DNA of 64,000 nucleotides from Octopus sinensis (GCF_006345805.1 NC_043020.1:6200001-6264000); one strand, 5' to 3'; positions 50,687 through 64,000 are shown, counted from the first letter of the stretch. The notes: generated by a model not told the origin, from the sequence alone. Program-made: numbers and translations.

Positions 50687-50804
50687 AGAAAAAAAACAGG
50701 TGGTGTAGACAACAAACAGATGTTTTGTATAACACTCAGGAAGTGAAAAGGTCTTTAATGTTTCAAGCCTACACTCTTCCATGTGTATATATGTGTGTGT
50801 GTAT
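50581..50804. repeat. Inverted repeat, 64-bp perfect arms, containing a decayed family-B hammerhead
   Basis: Arms 50581-50644 and 50741-50804. Confidence 0.9.
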
Positions 50805-51994
50805 GTATGTATATGTGTGTATATATGTATATATTTGTATGTATATATATATATATATGTATGTATGTATATGTGTAATTATATATACATGTCTGTATGT
50901 GTGCATCACTAAAACTCAAGAACTTCTCAACCGATTTCATTTAAGCATTACTTAGGGTCCATGGAGTGTCATGCCTCTCCCCCTCACAATTTTTCAACTT
51001 CTTGCTTAATGCAAGCCCGGATCAATCTCTTAGACTGTTTCGCTATTACGTGTCGTCAAAAGCGAAATAACATCTCTATTGCAATGTGATAGAATGGTTT
51101 CACTATGTGTATATATATACGTGTTTGTATATATGTTAAATAGTTTCATTTCTATTAGTTTCAGTATATGTATGTGTGTATATATATATATATATATATT
51201 ACACACATGCATAATATACATGTTTGCATATATATATATATATATTTATATCTTTGTATACGTATATATATATATATATATAGATATAGATTTATGTATG
51301 TATATATATATATATATGTGTGTGTAGATGTATATATATGTATATACAGGTGTATATATCTGTGTGTGTGTAGATGTATATATATGTATATATAGGTGTA
51401 TATATCTATGTGTGCATGTGTATATATGTGTGTATATGTATATATATGCATATATTTGTATATATGTGTGTATATGTATATATATGCATATATTTGTATA
51501 TATGTATATGTATGTATATATATATATGTGTGTGTATATATATAAATGTATATATATATATTTTAGGCCAGCCGTGATTGGGGTGTGAACATACTCAGTA
51601 AGGTTTGAACCCCTTATCAGCGAGAAACACCGAGTAATCCCATAGACTGGTCTACCCCAACATAAATATTGACCCTTCTACATGTTAGCGTGTACCTCTC
51701 TTCCCGATTTATTTCTACAAACGATATTTATATATACATATATATATATATATATATTCTATACTTAAGTGTGTTTCAGTTAAGAGGAATGACGACTGAG
51801 GCACCATCCCAGAATGGTGATTAACGTTAGGGCTATTCCATTCGTAGAGGCTTGGTTCAATATGCCTTGAGAAGATGGTCTGTTTATTGTACCATTTGTT
51901 AATATATATATAAGGTATATGTATCTATACAGTGTGTATTTACACACACACTAACATGTGTGTTGTAGGAGTACATAATCTCTAATTATATCAA

Positions 51995-52036
<42 letters not shown>

Positions 52037-52335
52037 TGTGGACTTGAATGCTTCTAATATGTTGTGAAAGGCTACTGCAAAATCTCTTTAATTCAGAGTT
52101 CGCGGATAAATAAATAGTGAGATAAGATAAATGAATCAAGTACAGGTACACACACACACACACACGTGTTACACATATACACCCATATACACGCGCACAC
52201 ACACACTCACACGTTTATACAATATACAATTGCTACTTTTAGTTATTGAACACGACTTCCTCTCTCTCTCTGCTTTGAGTGGCCACACACATATGTATAT
52301 ATGTGTGTGTATATATATCTATATCTGTAAAATTC

Positions 52336-52378
<43 letters not shown>

Positions 52379-52429
52379 GAGAGAGAGAGAGTGAGTGAGT
52401 GAGACACACCAAGCGCCATTATCACTCAT

Positions 52430-53050
52430 CAGAGAGCTTCGCTACTATCACCAGCCCTCTCCCACCCACCCACCACCATCATTCATTAATCAATATTATG
52501 ATCAAGAGGGAAATCCCTCCCTGGCCATTCGGCCAAATCTCGTTCTCTCTCTCTCTCTCTCAAACGTATGAGATCAGACCTTGGGCCAATTAACGGCCCG
52601 CGGGACTTCGTTAATTGTGGCACAGAGCCAACGAAATATATCACTTTCGGTTTTTCTTTACTAAGTGCGGCTCGCTTCTCGAGAAAATCTTTGCCCGTGC
52701 CTCTGGTAGACCTAACCTTTCGCCCTGGGTTTAACCTCACCATCTGCTGCTACCCTGTGTACATTTAACGGGTGTGCATGCACTTTGCAAGCATTGGTTT
52801 CCGGTTTGAGGGTATCTTCCTCCCTCCCTTTCTCATCAGACCCCTGTAATGGGATCACAGACACTGCTTTCTCTCTCATGGTTAAGATAATAGATAAATA
52901 AATAAATAAAATGCCGTCTTAAAATAATTGGGGGAAAACCCCCCTCGGAAAATTAATTAATGTAGTCCCTCATACAGTGTTCGAATAGATGGCTTAGCTG
53001 ATTGTGACTGGGGTATCTTTGTTTGACACGGCCGAACTGAATGCGATGGC
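52430..53050. promoter_or_regulatory. Unique CpG-containing island with clustered homeodomain cores; candidate enhancer
   Basis: No repeat match within the window; TAAT/ATTA cores near 52486, 52588, 52611, 52924 and 52952. Confidence 0.25.
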
Positions 53051-53949
53051 GGGGAAGGGGTTCTTTTACACAACACCACCGCCACCGTCTCCATCATCAC
53101 TACTTCTGCACCCATCGCCACCGCCATCATCACTACTTCTGCACCCACCGCCACCGCCATCTTCACTACTTATGCACCCATCACCACCGTCGCCACCATC
53201 ACGACCACTGCCACCGCCATCATCACTACTTCTGCACCCATCACCACCACCGCCGCCACCTCCGCTCGTCACTACGACGGTGACTATCACCACCTCCACT
53301 ACCACCACCACCACACCACCACCACCACCACGGCGGCCTACTATTATTGTGTCTACCTGATTCTGCCTGTTTGTCCGTCCGCCCGTCTGTCTGGATCTTG
53401 CGAATATTTGTCTGTCTGTCGTATAGAGAAAAATAAAAACGTCGAGTGGTTGGTTGGTTCTTCCTTGTTTGTTCTCTGCCGCCAGACACTTTATCTGTTG
53501 CACACACACACACACACACACACACATTTGGCTTGCTATTAATGGAGCTTCTGCTGCTGCTGAGGCTCCTACTACTACTACTATTACTTCCACCACAGCT
53601 GTTAGTGGTGGTGATGTTGCTGTCATTTTTGGTAAAGGATGGTTGCTTGGTTGGTTGGCTCTTACTATCTTCTCCCTCGTCAGACCTGACTATATTATTT
53701 GCTAATTGCAGACCCTTTTTTTTTTATCAAAGGCGTTCCAGCCGTGACCATCATCCCAATATGTCTTTGCGTTCTTCTAAGCACATATCCAATATGTCCG
53801 CTTTCCTCCCCCTCTCTCTTTCTCTTTCTCTTTCTCTTTCTCTCTTTTCTTTTTAAAGACAGTCTGTTGTGTTTCGGAGGATGTTTGGCTGCTATTTCTA
53901 GCAAGATGAGCTAGCGCGCAGAAAGGGTTGGCTGGTTTATTTGGACTCC

Positions 53950-53980
<31 letters not shown>

Positions 53981-53992
53981 TTACTACTATTA

Positions 53993-54023
<31 letters not shown>

Positions 54024-54043
54024 CATTACTACTACTACTACTA

Positions 54044-54076
<33 letters not shown>

Positions 54077-55230
54077 CATTACTACTACTACTACTACTAC
54101 CATTACTACTACTACCACTACTACTACCACCACTACTACTACCATTACTACTACTACTACTACCATTACTACTACCACTACTACTACTACCATTACTACT
54201 ACTACTACCATTATTACTACTACTACTACTACTACCACTACTACTGCTGCTGCTGCTGTTATGGTGATGTTCCTATTTATTGGTGGTAAGCCTGGCTGGA
54301 TGGCTACTACTACTACTACTGCTGCTGTTATTGGTTGTGTAGAGCTGTAACTGCTTAAGGTGGTAGTAATACTCTTGCTGCTGTTGTTGGTGGTGGTAGC
54401 GGTGGTGCTGATGGTGGCGTTACCACTGTTGTTATTGGTGGCTGCTGCTGCTGTTGTAGCTACTACTACAGCTGTTGTTGGAACAGCTATTGTTGCTTCC
54501 CTCCCCCCCCGCTCTCCCCACCACCGCATCTTTCCCATTGGAAAAGAGCATCGTATTGTGATTAACTACATATACATACATACGTTCATACATACATACA
54601 TAGCTGCATACATGCATATGTACATAATACATACATACATATATACATACATAATACATACATACATACATGCATATGTACATACAGACATAATACATAC
54701 ATACATGCATACATACATACATGCATACATACATACATACATACATACAGACATGCATACATACATACATACATACATACATGCATACATACATATATGC
54801 ATACATACATATATGCATACATACATAATACATACATACATACAGACATGCATACATACATACATAATACATACATACAGACAGACATGCATACATACAT
54901 ACATAATACATACATACATACATACAGACATGCATACATACATACATAATACATACATGCATGCATACATACATACATAATACATACAGACATGCATACA
55001 TCATACATACATACATGCATACATGCATACATACATAATACATAGACATGCATACATACATACAGACATGCATGCATGCATACATACATGCATACATACA
55101 TAATACATACAGACATGCATACATAATACATACAGACATGCATACATACATACCAGAAAACTTGCAACACGCATAGCGCTGCGTATATGTGCATACATAC
55201 ATAATACATACATAATACATATATGCATAC
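53050..55230. repeat. Low-complexity tracts (CAC/CAT, ACT, GTG/CTG, TACA)
   Basis: Source of the poly-H/T/L/V ORFs. Confidence 0.9.
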
Positions 55231-55499
55231 ACTATAATGATGCATTTTAACGCTTTAGTGACAATCTTGAAAAACGAGAATATTTCAGGCAAAAGAATGC
55301 AACGAACTAACAACCACTTTCAAAAATGCAGTCTGTAAGAGGAACAGTAAAAACATGCAAGTCCTTCCTAAAGTTCGTGTGACAGCTCACCATTGTTGTT
55401 ATTGAAATTCCAGTGGTGGAGGCTTTGTTTCTTTGTTTGAAACAAGCTCCTTCTTTCCTTCATCATCATCATCATCATCATCATCGTTTTAGCATCCAG

Positions 55500-55910
55500 A
55501 GGCATGGCTACAGGTGTGGCTGTGTGGTAAGAAGTTTGTTTCTGAAACATCCGAGTGTGATCGTTGCCAGAGCAGCCAACTGGCTTCCATGTCAGTGGCA
55601 CATAAAAGGGTACCATTCGAGCGTGATCGTTACCAACGTCGCCCTACTGGCACCTGTGCTGGTGGCATGTGTAAAAGGATTCGAGCGAGGTCATTGCCAG
55701 TAATGCCTGACTGGCCCCCCGTGCCGGTGGCACGTAAAAAGCACCCACTACACTCTTGGAGTAGTTTGCGTTAGGAAGGGCATCCAGCTGTAGAAACTCT
55801 GCCAAATCAAGATTGGAGACTGGTGCAGTCATCTGGTTCGCCAGTCCTTAGTCAAAATCGTCCAACCCATGCTAGCATGGAAAGCGGACGTTAAATGATG
55901 ATGATGATGT
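55500..55910 (+). mobile_element. RTE-tail element with internal tandem subrepeats
   Basis: Repeats of gtggcacgtaaaaagcacc; tail catgctagcatggaaagcggacgttaaa(tga)n. Confidence 0.8.
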
Positions 55911-56596
55911 TTTCAAGTTCAGTTCCACTGCATGGCACCATGTGCAGCTGTCTTCTGCTATGACACTGTACTGGCTGACCAAAGCCTTGTGAGTGAATAT
56001 GGTAGACAAACCGAAAAATGCCTATTGTTTGTGTATAGGTATAAAGAGCCCCTTTGGTCATGAATGCCCATGGGATTGCACCTTAAAAGTTACCCTTTAA
56101 GGTACAATTCCAGGCAAGATTGTTTACGGAAGACCAGCAGTCACCCTTGCATACCAACCTCCACTCTCCATGCCACTGATGTTATGCAAGGGAAATGCAG
56201 AGGGGCCGATACAGATTGGCACCAGTGGCTTCATAACTCATTTCTACAGACTTAGTGATCGGGAACGTGAAATAAAGTGTCTTGCTCAAGAACACAACAC
56301 ACAGCCCAGTCTAAGAATCGAACTCACTACCACATGGCTGCAAGCCGATGCTTTAACCACTGAGCTAGACTATATATATCTGTGTGTTTGTGTGTGTGCA
56401 CATGTCACTGTTTCTTTGCCTTGAGACATCATGTAATAGTCATAAATGTTTGTTTCTTCTCAAGCCATGTGTGGCTCATGGGTGCTGGTTTCCTTGGTGT
56501 ATAGGTTCCCCACCTGGACAGGACGCCGGTCTGTCGCAGGTGAGCTGCAAGATGCAGGAGGAAAGAGTGAGAGAAAGTTGTGGCGAAAGAGTCAGC

Positions 56597-56701
56597 AGAA
56601 GTTTGCCGTTACCTTCTGCCAGAGCCACGTGGAGCTTAGGTGTTTATGAGCGAAACACCTAAGCTCCACGTGGCTCTGGCAGAAGGTAATGGCAAACTTC
56701 T
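56597..56701. repeat. Fold-back palindrome inside a SINE-3 relative, 49-bp arms
   Basis: Arms 56597-56645 and 56653-56701, 1 mismatch, loop atgagcg. Confidence 0.92.
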
Positions 56702-57769
56702 CGAGTCCGCTGCTCTAACCACTTGGTCATGTGCCTCCACAATAGTCATAAATGAGTGTCACTGTCTAGCAAACAATGTCCTTTGTTTCTAATCTTCTGT
56801 GGAAATATATCTGGTCATGAGGAAATATCATCCTTACAGGTGAGGGTTGGCAGCAGGAAAGGCATCTGGTCATAGAAAATCTGCCTCAACAAATTCCATT
56901 CAAGATGCTCAAGTATGGAATGAAATGGGTGTTAATATGATGAGGTTTCTTTCCATGCTTGCCTGACTCTGGTGCAATTGATTTAGGTAGATTTACTACT
57001 GTTGGATGCTCTTCCTGTCACCAACCCTTGCTTGTTTCCAGGCAAAGTAGTATTTTCCCGTGCTCCAACATGTTTTCGCAGGATGTTGGAAGTGCATGAC
57101 ACCGCTTATATGACAGTGACATTCATTTACAACTATAACGCAAAGTCAAGACAAGTAGACTCACACATACAAATACAACAAGCTTCTGTTAGTGCCTGTC
57201 TACCAAATCCACTCACAAAGTTTTGGTCGGCCTAGGGCTATATGGTGAGACCGAACCCCAAAACATGGGATTAGGAAGGGCATCATCATCATCGTTTAGC
57301 GTCCGCTTTCCATGCTAGCATGGGTTGGACAGTTCAACTGGGGTCTGAAAGAAGCCCATCGTATGTATGTATATATGTGTGTGTCTGTTTGTCCCTGGTA
57401 CTTAGCAGTTTGGCAAAAGAGACCGATAGAATAAGTATAGGCTTGCAAAGAATAAGTCATGGAGTCGATTTGTTCGGCTAAAGGTGGTGCTCCAGCATGG
57501 CCACAGTCAAAATGACTGAAACAAATAAAAGAATATAAAAATACGTGTTGGCTATCAACTTGTAAACAAGTATGGCCTTCACTGACAAATTATCTTATTC
57601 TAGATGTTAAAGACAATGAGTGTCAGCAATGCCCATTGCTGGAATTTAAAGTTATTTATAGCTTACACAACACTTCTAAGATTCTCATGTACAAAACCAA
57701 ATAATGAAGAAACAAACAAGAACAACATCTCTGGTTTCATAAGGAGGTGGGTGTTATTTCAGTATTTCC

Positions 57770-58285
57770 TGGGCCTCACAGAGGCAATGACGAAAGACCG
57801 AGATCTTTGGAGATATGCTGTGACTGCAAAGACCCGACAAATAATGTGAGTTCATGGCTGTTTCCCGCACTAGTTTTGCATAGCCACCCCAGGCCATCCA
57901 AAGTATCTTGGATTGCAGAATGACCTGCTGTGCTTACCTTGGATCATAGGGTGACCTGCTGTGCTTGAGGAGACCTATTGAGTCAAGTACATCAACATCA
58001 AAATAAATATAAAATGGAAATTGTAGTTGTGATACCTGTGCCGGTGGCACGTAAAAAGCACCAACTGATCGTGGCCACTGCCATCCTCCCCTGGCACCTG
58101 TGCCAGTGGCACGTAAAAAGCACCCACTACACTCACGGAGTGGTTGGCGTTAGGAAGGGCATCCATCTGTAGACACACTGCCAGATCAGACTGGAGCCTG
58201 GTGCAGCCTCCTGGCATCCCAGACCCTGGTCGAACTGTCCAACCCGTGCTAGCACGGAAAATGGACATTAAACAATGATGATGAT
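57770..58285 (+). mobile_element. RTE LINE 3' end
   Basis: LGLTEAMTKDRDLWRYAVTAKTRQ, followed by the family tail. Confidence 0.8.
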
Positions 58286-58469
58286 AAAGAGAGATGTCTT
58301 TTAAACAAGTTGTTCAATGGCTGTTTTTGTTTTGTTTTTCGTCCTGCAGGGTATCCAACAAAAACCACCCTTCCTACCAAGCAGGCTTGATAAGATAGCC
58401 AATTTAATTACCATGTGACATGCATGCATACTTACAAACAAACAAACAAACAAAGTTGACCATTTTGTG

Positions 58470-58608
58470 ACCGATGGGTCAAAAGAATATGGGTGGAACT
58501 TAAAATTAAAACGGCCAACAAGCTAAAACACAACTGGCCAGATATTGTTGTGTGGGACCACAAAGAGAAGACATGTTTTGTTGTGGAAATCAGCTGCCCT
58601 CTAGCATA
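58470..58608 (+). mobile_element. Restriction-like endonuclease fragment of an R4/NeSL-type retrotransposon
   Basis: KIKTANKLKHNWPDIVVWDHKEKTCFVVEISCP (PD..E motif). Confidence 0.75.
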
Positions 58609-58619
58609 TTTCATTATGG

Positions 58620-59006
58620 TGGAGGCGCAATGGCCCAGTGGTTAGGGCAGTGGACTCGCGGTCATAGGATCGCAGTTTCGATTCCCAGACCGGGCGTTGT
58701 GAGTGTTTATTGAGCGAAAACACCTAAAAGCTCCACGAGGCTCCGGCAGGGGATGGTGGTGATCCCTGCTGTACTCTTTCACCACAACTTTCTCTCTCAC
58801 TCTTACTTCCTGTTTCTGTTGTACCTGTATTTCAAAGGGCCGGCCTTGTCACTCTCTGTGTCACGCTGAATATCTCCGAGAATTACGTTAAGGGTACACG
58901 TGTCTGTGGAGTGCTCAGCCACTTACACGTTAATTTTACGAGCAGGCTGTTCCGTTGATTCGGATCAACCGGAACCCTCATCGTCGTAACCGACGGAGTG
59001 CTTCCC
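58620..59006 (+). mobile_element. SINE family 3
   Basis: Full length; TSD attt(c/t)attatgg. Confidence 0.9.
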
Positions 59007-59616
59007 ATTTTATTATGGTTGCATAATGAAATACGGTGTTCCTGCCAGCAATTGCTGTGGTTAGAGCATTTGGCTCACAACCGTAAGGTAGCGAGTTCAA
59101 TTCCCAGACCAGGCTGTGTGTTGTGTTCTTGAGCAAGACACTTTATTTCACATTGCTCCAGTTCACTCAGCTGTAGAAATGGGTTGCCTTTCCCTTGGAT
59201 AACATTGGTGGTTTGGAGACGGGAGGCCAGTATGCCCAGGTGACTGCTGGTCTTCCATAAACAACCTTGCCCAGACTTATGATTCTGTGGGGAACTTTCT
59301 AGGTGCAATCCCATGGTCATTCATGCCTGAAGGGGGTCATTACTCTTACCCTTTTGCCAGCAGTTAATATATACATGTGTGTGTGTGTGTGTGTACAATG
59401 ATCTTGTGCCAGTTTTCCTCACAAGGCCCGGGCTATAGTGGAAGCCACTTACCCTGGGTGACATGCATCAGGACTGAACCTGAAACCATATAGTTAGGAA
59501 GCAAATTTCTTAACCCAACAGCCATGCCATCTTAAAAGAAAAAAGAAGGATACATTGAATTATATAGTCTTGAATATAAGCTGGGATGGCCCTGGTTGGA
59601 ATTTTTGTTTTTTATC

Positions 59617-60027
59617 ATAGGCGCACAAGTGGCTGTGTGGTAAGTAGCTTGCTTACCAACCACATGGTTCCGGGTTCAGTCCCACTGCATGGCACCGTGG
59701 GCAAGTGTCTTCTACTATAGCTTCGGGCTGACCAAAGCCTTGTGAGTGGATTTGGTAGATGGAAACTGAAAGAAGCCCGTCGTATATATATATATATATA
59801 TATATATGCATGTGTGTGTTTGTGTGTCTGTATTTGTCCCCCTAGCATTGCTTGACAACCGATGCTGGTGTGTTTATGTCCCCGTTACTTAGCGGTTCGG
59901 CAAAAGAGACCGATAGAATAAGTACTGGGCTTACAAAAAAATAAGTCCTGGGGTCGAGTTGCTCGATTAAAGGCGGTGCTCTAGCATGGCCGCAGTCAAA
60001 TGACTGAAACGAGTAAAAGAGTAAAGA
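59617..60027 (+). mobile_element. SINE family 1
   Basis: Full-length copy. Confidence 0.9.
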
Positions 60028-60949
60028 GCAAGCCTGTTCTGTCATTACTGACCTTGGGCTAAACAGCAACAGGCATGCTAGAACAAAATGAACTTTGTAG
60101 GAAATGCAATATGCCGAGAATGTCAGACTGTATTTCATACAATAAATCTCTGTATGCCAGAGTTCACCGTGTGGTTTTTCAATCACATGGAGAGAGAGAG
60201 AGAGAGAGTTGGTATATTTAGATCACAAGATCTGGTGATCACACTTAGTCCTTAACCCTTTTGATGCCAAACCATCTGAGACTGCTCTGAGTTCTGTAAT
60301 ATAAACATCCTGTTTTAAAATAATCTAAATTACAATCTTCCATCAAAATTTTATGTTAATTTGCCTTATCTTGATAATGCCAGTTATTTTCATTATTATC
60401 AAAATCAATCCATAATACAAATTTCTCGCTTAAAAATAATCTAAATTAAAACCTATCAAAATTCTGTGAATTTACATTCCAAAATTCATCTTAACCCTTT
60501 AGTGTTCGCATTATTCTGCCAAAATTAATGCTTTTTTATCCACATTGTTTTGAACTAATTGTGCATTATCTTGTAGCTATGAGATTTTGATGAGGTAGCT
60601 GTTAATTTTTAAGATGATATTGTAGGGTTGGTGTGAGAGACCAGATCTGGCCAGTTTGAACATAAAACAGGCAGAATACTTTTGGCCGGATATGACCGGT
60701 TTAAATGACGGTTATTTTCCTAAATTCTTCATTATTGCCAAAATTAATTGAAGGGAGTGTATTTTAAAAAATGTCTTGGGTGTGACTTTAAACTGCATCT
60801 GGTAGTGGTGCCCTGGTTCAGAAGTTCCAGTATTGTCAGCTAGTTTTGTTCCCAGATCTTCTCTGCCCTAGAGTAGTAACATCTGTCAGGGTCTCAGCTA
60901 TGAGTTAAATAACATGTAACCACCCAAGTCAAGGTACCTTAAAATCATG

Positions 60950-61790
60950 GGATGCAACAGGTGGATGTGCCCTTTTCACCAGATTTAGCACCTGCAGGCT
61001 TCTGTCTCTTCCTCAAGATGAAAAGGCAGCTGAGAGGTTGCCATTATCAAGATCATTATCAAGTAGCCCAGGCTACTAACCTCAAGATTCCAAGTTCGAT
61101 TCCAGGTAGTGACCTGAATAATAATAATAATAAGAAGAAGAAAGATAGATAGATGTGAATAGGCCAGACATCATATTGAAAGACTTCAGATCCAATATCA
61201 AGATCCTGAGCAAATCACAGAAGGTCCTCAACTCATTTATGTTAAATGACTTCTAGGCCAAATTTCAAAAGTGGCAGGAATGCTGAGACAGGTGTATTGA
61301 TGCACAAGAGGACTATTTCAAAGGAGACAATGTTAAAACTTCGGTAAATAAACTCGTCCAGGAACCTTTCGATACCACCTCGTATGTTGAAATCAATAGG
61401 AAAGTTCACCATCTTAAAAACACCAGTTTTAAAGAGGTCAAATTCTATCATAATGTTACATTGTCATTTAAGGAATGGTAATAACTAGATTAGTAATGGT
61501 ACAAAGATTCTTCTGATAACTAATTATTGCATATCTACACCAACACACCATGGTATCACTGTTGTTATTTCACCACATGCATAAACATGGTATTGCTTTC
61601 TCACCTGCCCTATTCATCACATTTAGCACCTGCAGACTTCCGTCTCTTCCCCAAGATGAAAAGGCAGCTCAGAGGTTGCCATTTTAACTCCAGTATCAAG
61701 ATCCAGATGGCGTAGTGGTTAAGAGCATGGGCTACTAATCCCAAGATTCTAAGTTCAATTCCAGGCATTGACCTGAATAATAATAATAAT
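60950..61790 (+). mobile_element. mariner C-terminal remnants (two) each joined to a short tRNA-like SINE
   Basis: FSPDLAPAGFCLFLKMKRQLRG, FQKWQEC*DRCIDAQEDYFKGD with an end at accacctcgTA (~61384); the second copy reads YSSHLAPADFRLFPKMK. Confidence 0.75.
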
Positions 61791-61799
61791 AATTAATTC

Positions 61800-62300
61800 T
61801 TCTTATTGGCCACAAGGGCTGACAAACATGATTGGAAAACATAAAGGGACAAAACAGGACGAAAGGTTACAAAGGGTTTTGTCCGTTTTTTGAAAGAAAA
61901 AAGTCCGTGTAAACAAACTTTACAACAACGAAAAAAATTCAACAATTTATAAAACTCCCAATAGAGGAGACGCTTCGAAAAAAGGAAAGGTCTCACGTGG
62001 AAAAACCCATAAAAGCCACGGGAGCCTGGTCAAAAGGAGGGTAGAGAGCCCCTTTCTCCTTTTATAATACCTTTTTCAATTACAGGTGAAACCTCAGAAT
62101 TGGTCCATTTATACTGGCCATTCTTGCACAATTTACCCACCTTTCAGAAAACTTGCTATCAGACAGCACTCTCCTCTCTAACCACATCTTCCTTTTCAAG
62201 TGAAACTTGAAAAAGTTGATGAGGCCTTGACCAAAGAGGAAAGTGTCTGACTTTAGCCCTTTCACATCTCTTAAATATAGAACTGAATGCATAAACATTT
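61800..62300 (-). mobile_element. L1/Tx1-clade LINE 3' end
   Basis: GQGLINFFKFHLKRKMWLERRVLSDSKFSERWVNCARMASING; matches the motif near 30330. Confidence 0.7.
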
Positions 62301-63109
62301 TACTGGATTTTAGTTTCCTTATCATCTGTCTCAATATCTTTCCACTGATACCATCAATATCCCTGTTTTACCCCTCATTTACCATCATCATTGTTATCCT
62401 CTCTCTCACCTTTCATCAATATCAATATTTTCTAGCTTGTAAGTGTGGATATCCCTCTACCCCATATTATATCTCAATATCCCATCCTTGCTTGCTGTCA
62501 CCATAGATATCCTATTCTACTATTGCGTAAATGTCCATATCTTAATCGTCCTGTAGCATTAATATCATGTCCAGATAATCCACTGTAAACATTTTTGCTG
62601 TAGGAAAATTTGTGGCAAGAAACTTTTCACCATATAGGAAAATTGGCCATGAAACAGAGTCACTATATGGACAATGATAAAGCATATTACATCAGCATTT
62701 TTTGGAATTAAAAAAAATAATGATAGAAGGTTTTATAAAAGCGTTAGATAAGCAAGTCTTTTATTCAACATCAAACATTAAAAAAATGTGATGAGGTCGT
62801 TTAAAGCAAAATTTCTTATGATGAATTTTCATATGGCAAAGATGTTTACAGTGAAATTAATTACCTTTGATAAGCTGGAGAAAGCCAGAAGTCTGAACAT
62901 GTAAGGGTCTTTGGTAAGAAAGGGCTGCAGATGTGTCCAGAAAACTTGCCGTGAGACAAATTCACCGTATGGACAGTGATAAAGCCTGATATCATTATCA
63001 GTAAATACTGATATAATTATCAATATTTTTTTTAAATATAAAAAAATAAGAATGATAAAACGTTTTATAAAAGTGTTAATAAGTAAGTTGTTATTCAATG
63101 TCAAATATC

Positions 63110-63785
63110 ATCATCATCATCGTTTAACATCCGTTTTCCATGCTAGCATGGGTTGGACAGTTCAACTGGGGTCTGGGAAGCCAGGAGGCTGCACCAGGCC
63201 CAGTCTGATCTGGCAATGTTTCTACAGCTGGATGCCCTTCCTAATGCCAACCACTCCGAGAGTGTAGTGGTTTTTTTTTTCAATATGCCACCTGCACAGG
63301 TGCCAGACAAGACTGGCAAACGGCCACGATCGGGTGGTGCTTTTTACGTGCCACTGGCACGGGGGCCAGACGTGGCTGGCAACGGCCACAATCAGATGGT
63401 GCTTTTTACGTGCCACTGGCACGGAGGCCAGTCGGGGCGGCGCTGGCAACGGCCACGATCGGACGATTCTCTTATGTGCCACCGGCACTGGTATCTCAGT
63501 TACAATTTCCATTGATGTTGAAAGATTTTGATTTTGATTTTCACTTGCCTCAACAGGTCTTCACAAGTAGGGTTTGTGTCACAAGAAGGAACGGTATGCA
63601 TAAGTGGGCTAGCGACGTCCCTGGTAGAGGCCACGGGTTATGGTCTCAATTGACCTCCCGGGTCTTCCCACGCACAGCATACTTCCAAAGGTCTCGGTCT
63701 CTGGTCATTTCCTCGGTGAGACCTAAAGTTCGAAGGTCGTTCTTCACCACCTCGTCCCAGGTTTTCCTGGGTCTATGTGATGAGG
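63110..63785 (-). mobile_element. RTE LINE 3' end with tandem subrepeats
   Basis: Same tail and ORF end as 57770-58285. Confidence 0.85.
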
Positions 63786-64000
63786 TCATTTAAAACATGA
63801 AAATTCCCAAGTAATGCTGTGCAAATAAAATACTTTTTGCTGCACATTTGTATGAAAGCATTTATCTCTTAAATTTTTTTAATTGATATCGTTATACTTT
63901 TTCTTCATCCCTGCTGCATTTCCTTGATCTAAATCACGCTTTATCTTTTCCGTTAAACTCTCATCCTTTTTCGAATAAACGTTATTACAAAATACACAAA

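Noticed and set aside
57604-57650. DVKDNECQQCP, EGF-like looking peptide after an acceptor
   Set aside because: No credible donor before an in-frame stop; the cysteine spacing is incomplete.

Overview
Eukaryotic, AT-rich, repeat-saturated DNA, almost certainly octopus: the dominant SINE families and the (TA)n/(TG)n/(TATC)n/(TATG)n load resemble Octopus repeats as I recognise them (not database-checked). No intact host protein-coding gene can be supported. Most ORFs in the track are microsatellite read-outs or antisense SINE ORFs. The real coding remnants are all transposon-derived: mariner and Tc1-type transposases, Gypsy gag, RTE, CR1-like, L1/Tx1, R4/Dong-like and Penelope (RT plus GIY-YIG). 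These are interleaved with four SINE or LINE-tail families, Helitron-type elements and MITEs with clear TIRs/TSDs (TTAA; 8 bp). The most striking signal is a set of minimal type I hammerhead-ribozyme motifs from about six unrelated sequence families. Each has its own palindromic stem III, several have non-canonical cores, and two loci place two ribozymes back-to-back inside long fold-back palindromes (17.4-17.9 kb and 32.3-32.4 kb). Several further fold-back palindromes capture flanking host DNA. There is also a SINE with a ~97-bp direct repeat, a recurrent SINE dimer, a ~180-bp minisatellite and a few candidate exon or regulatory islands. All coordinates were read by eye and may be off by a few bases.
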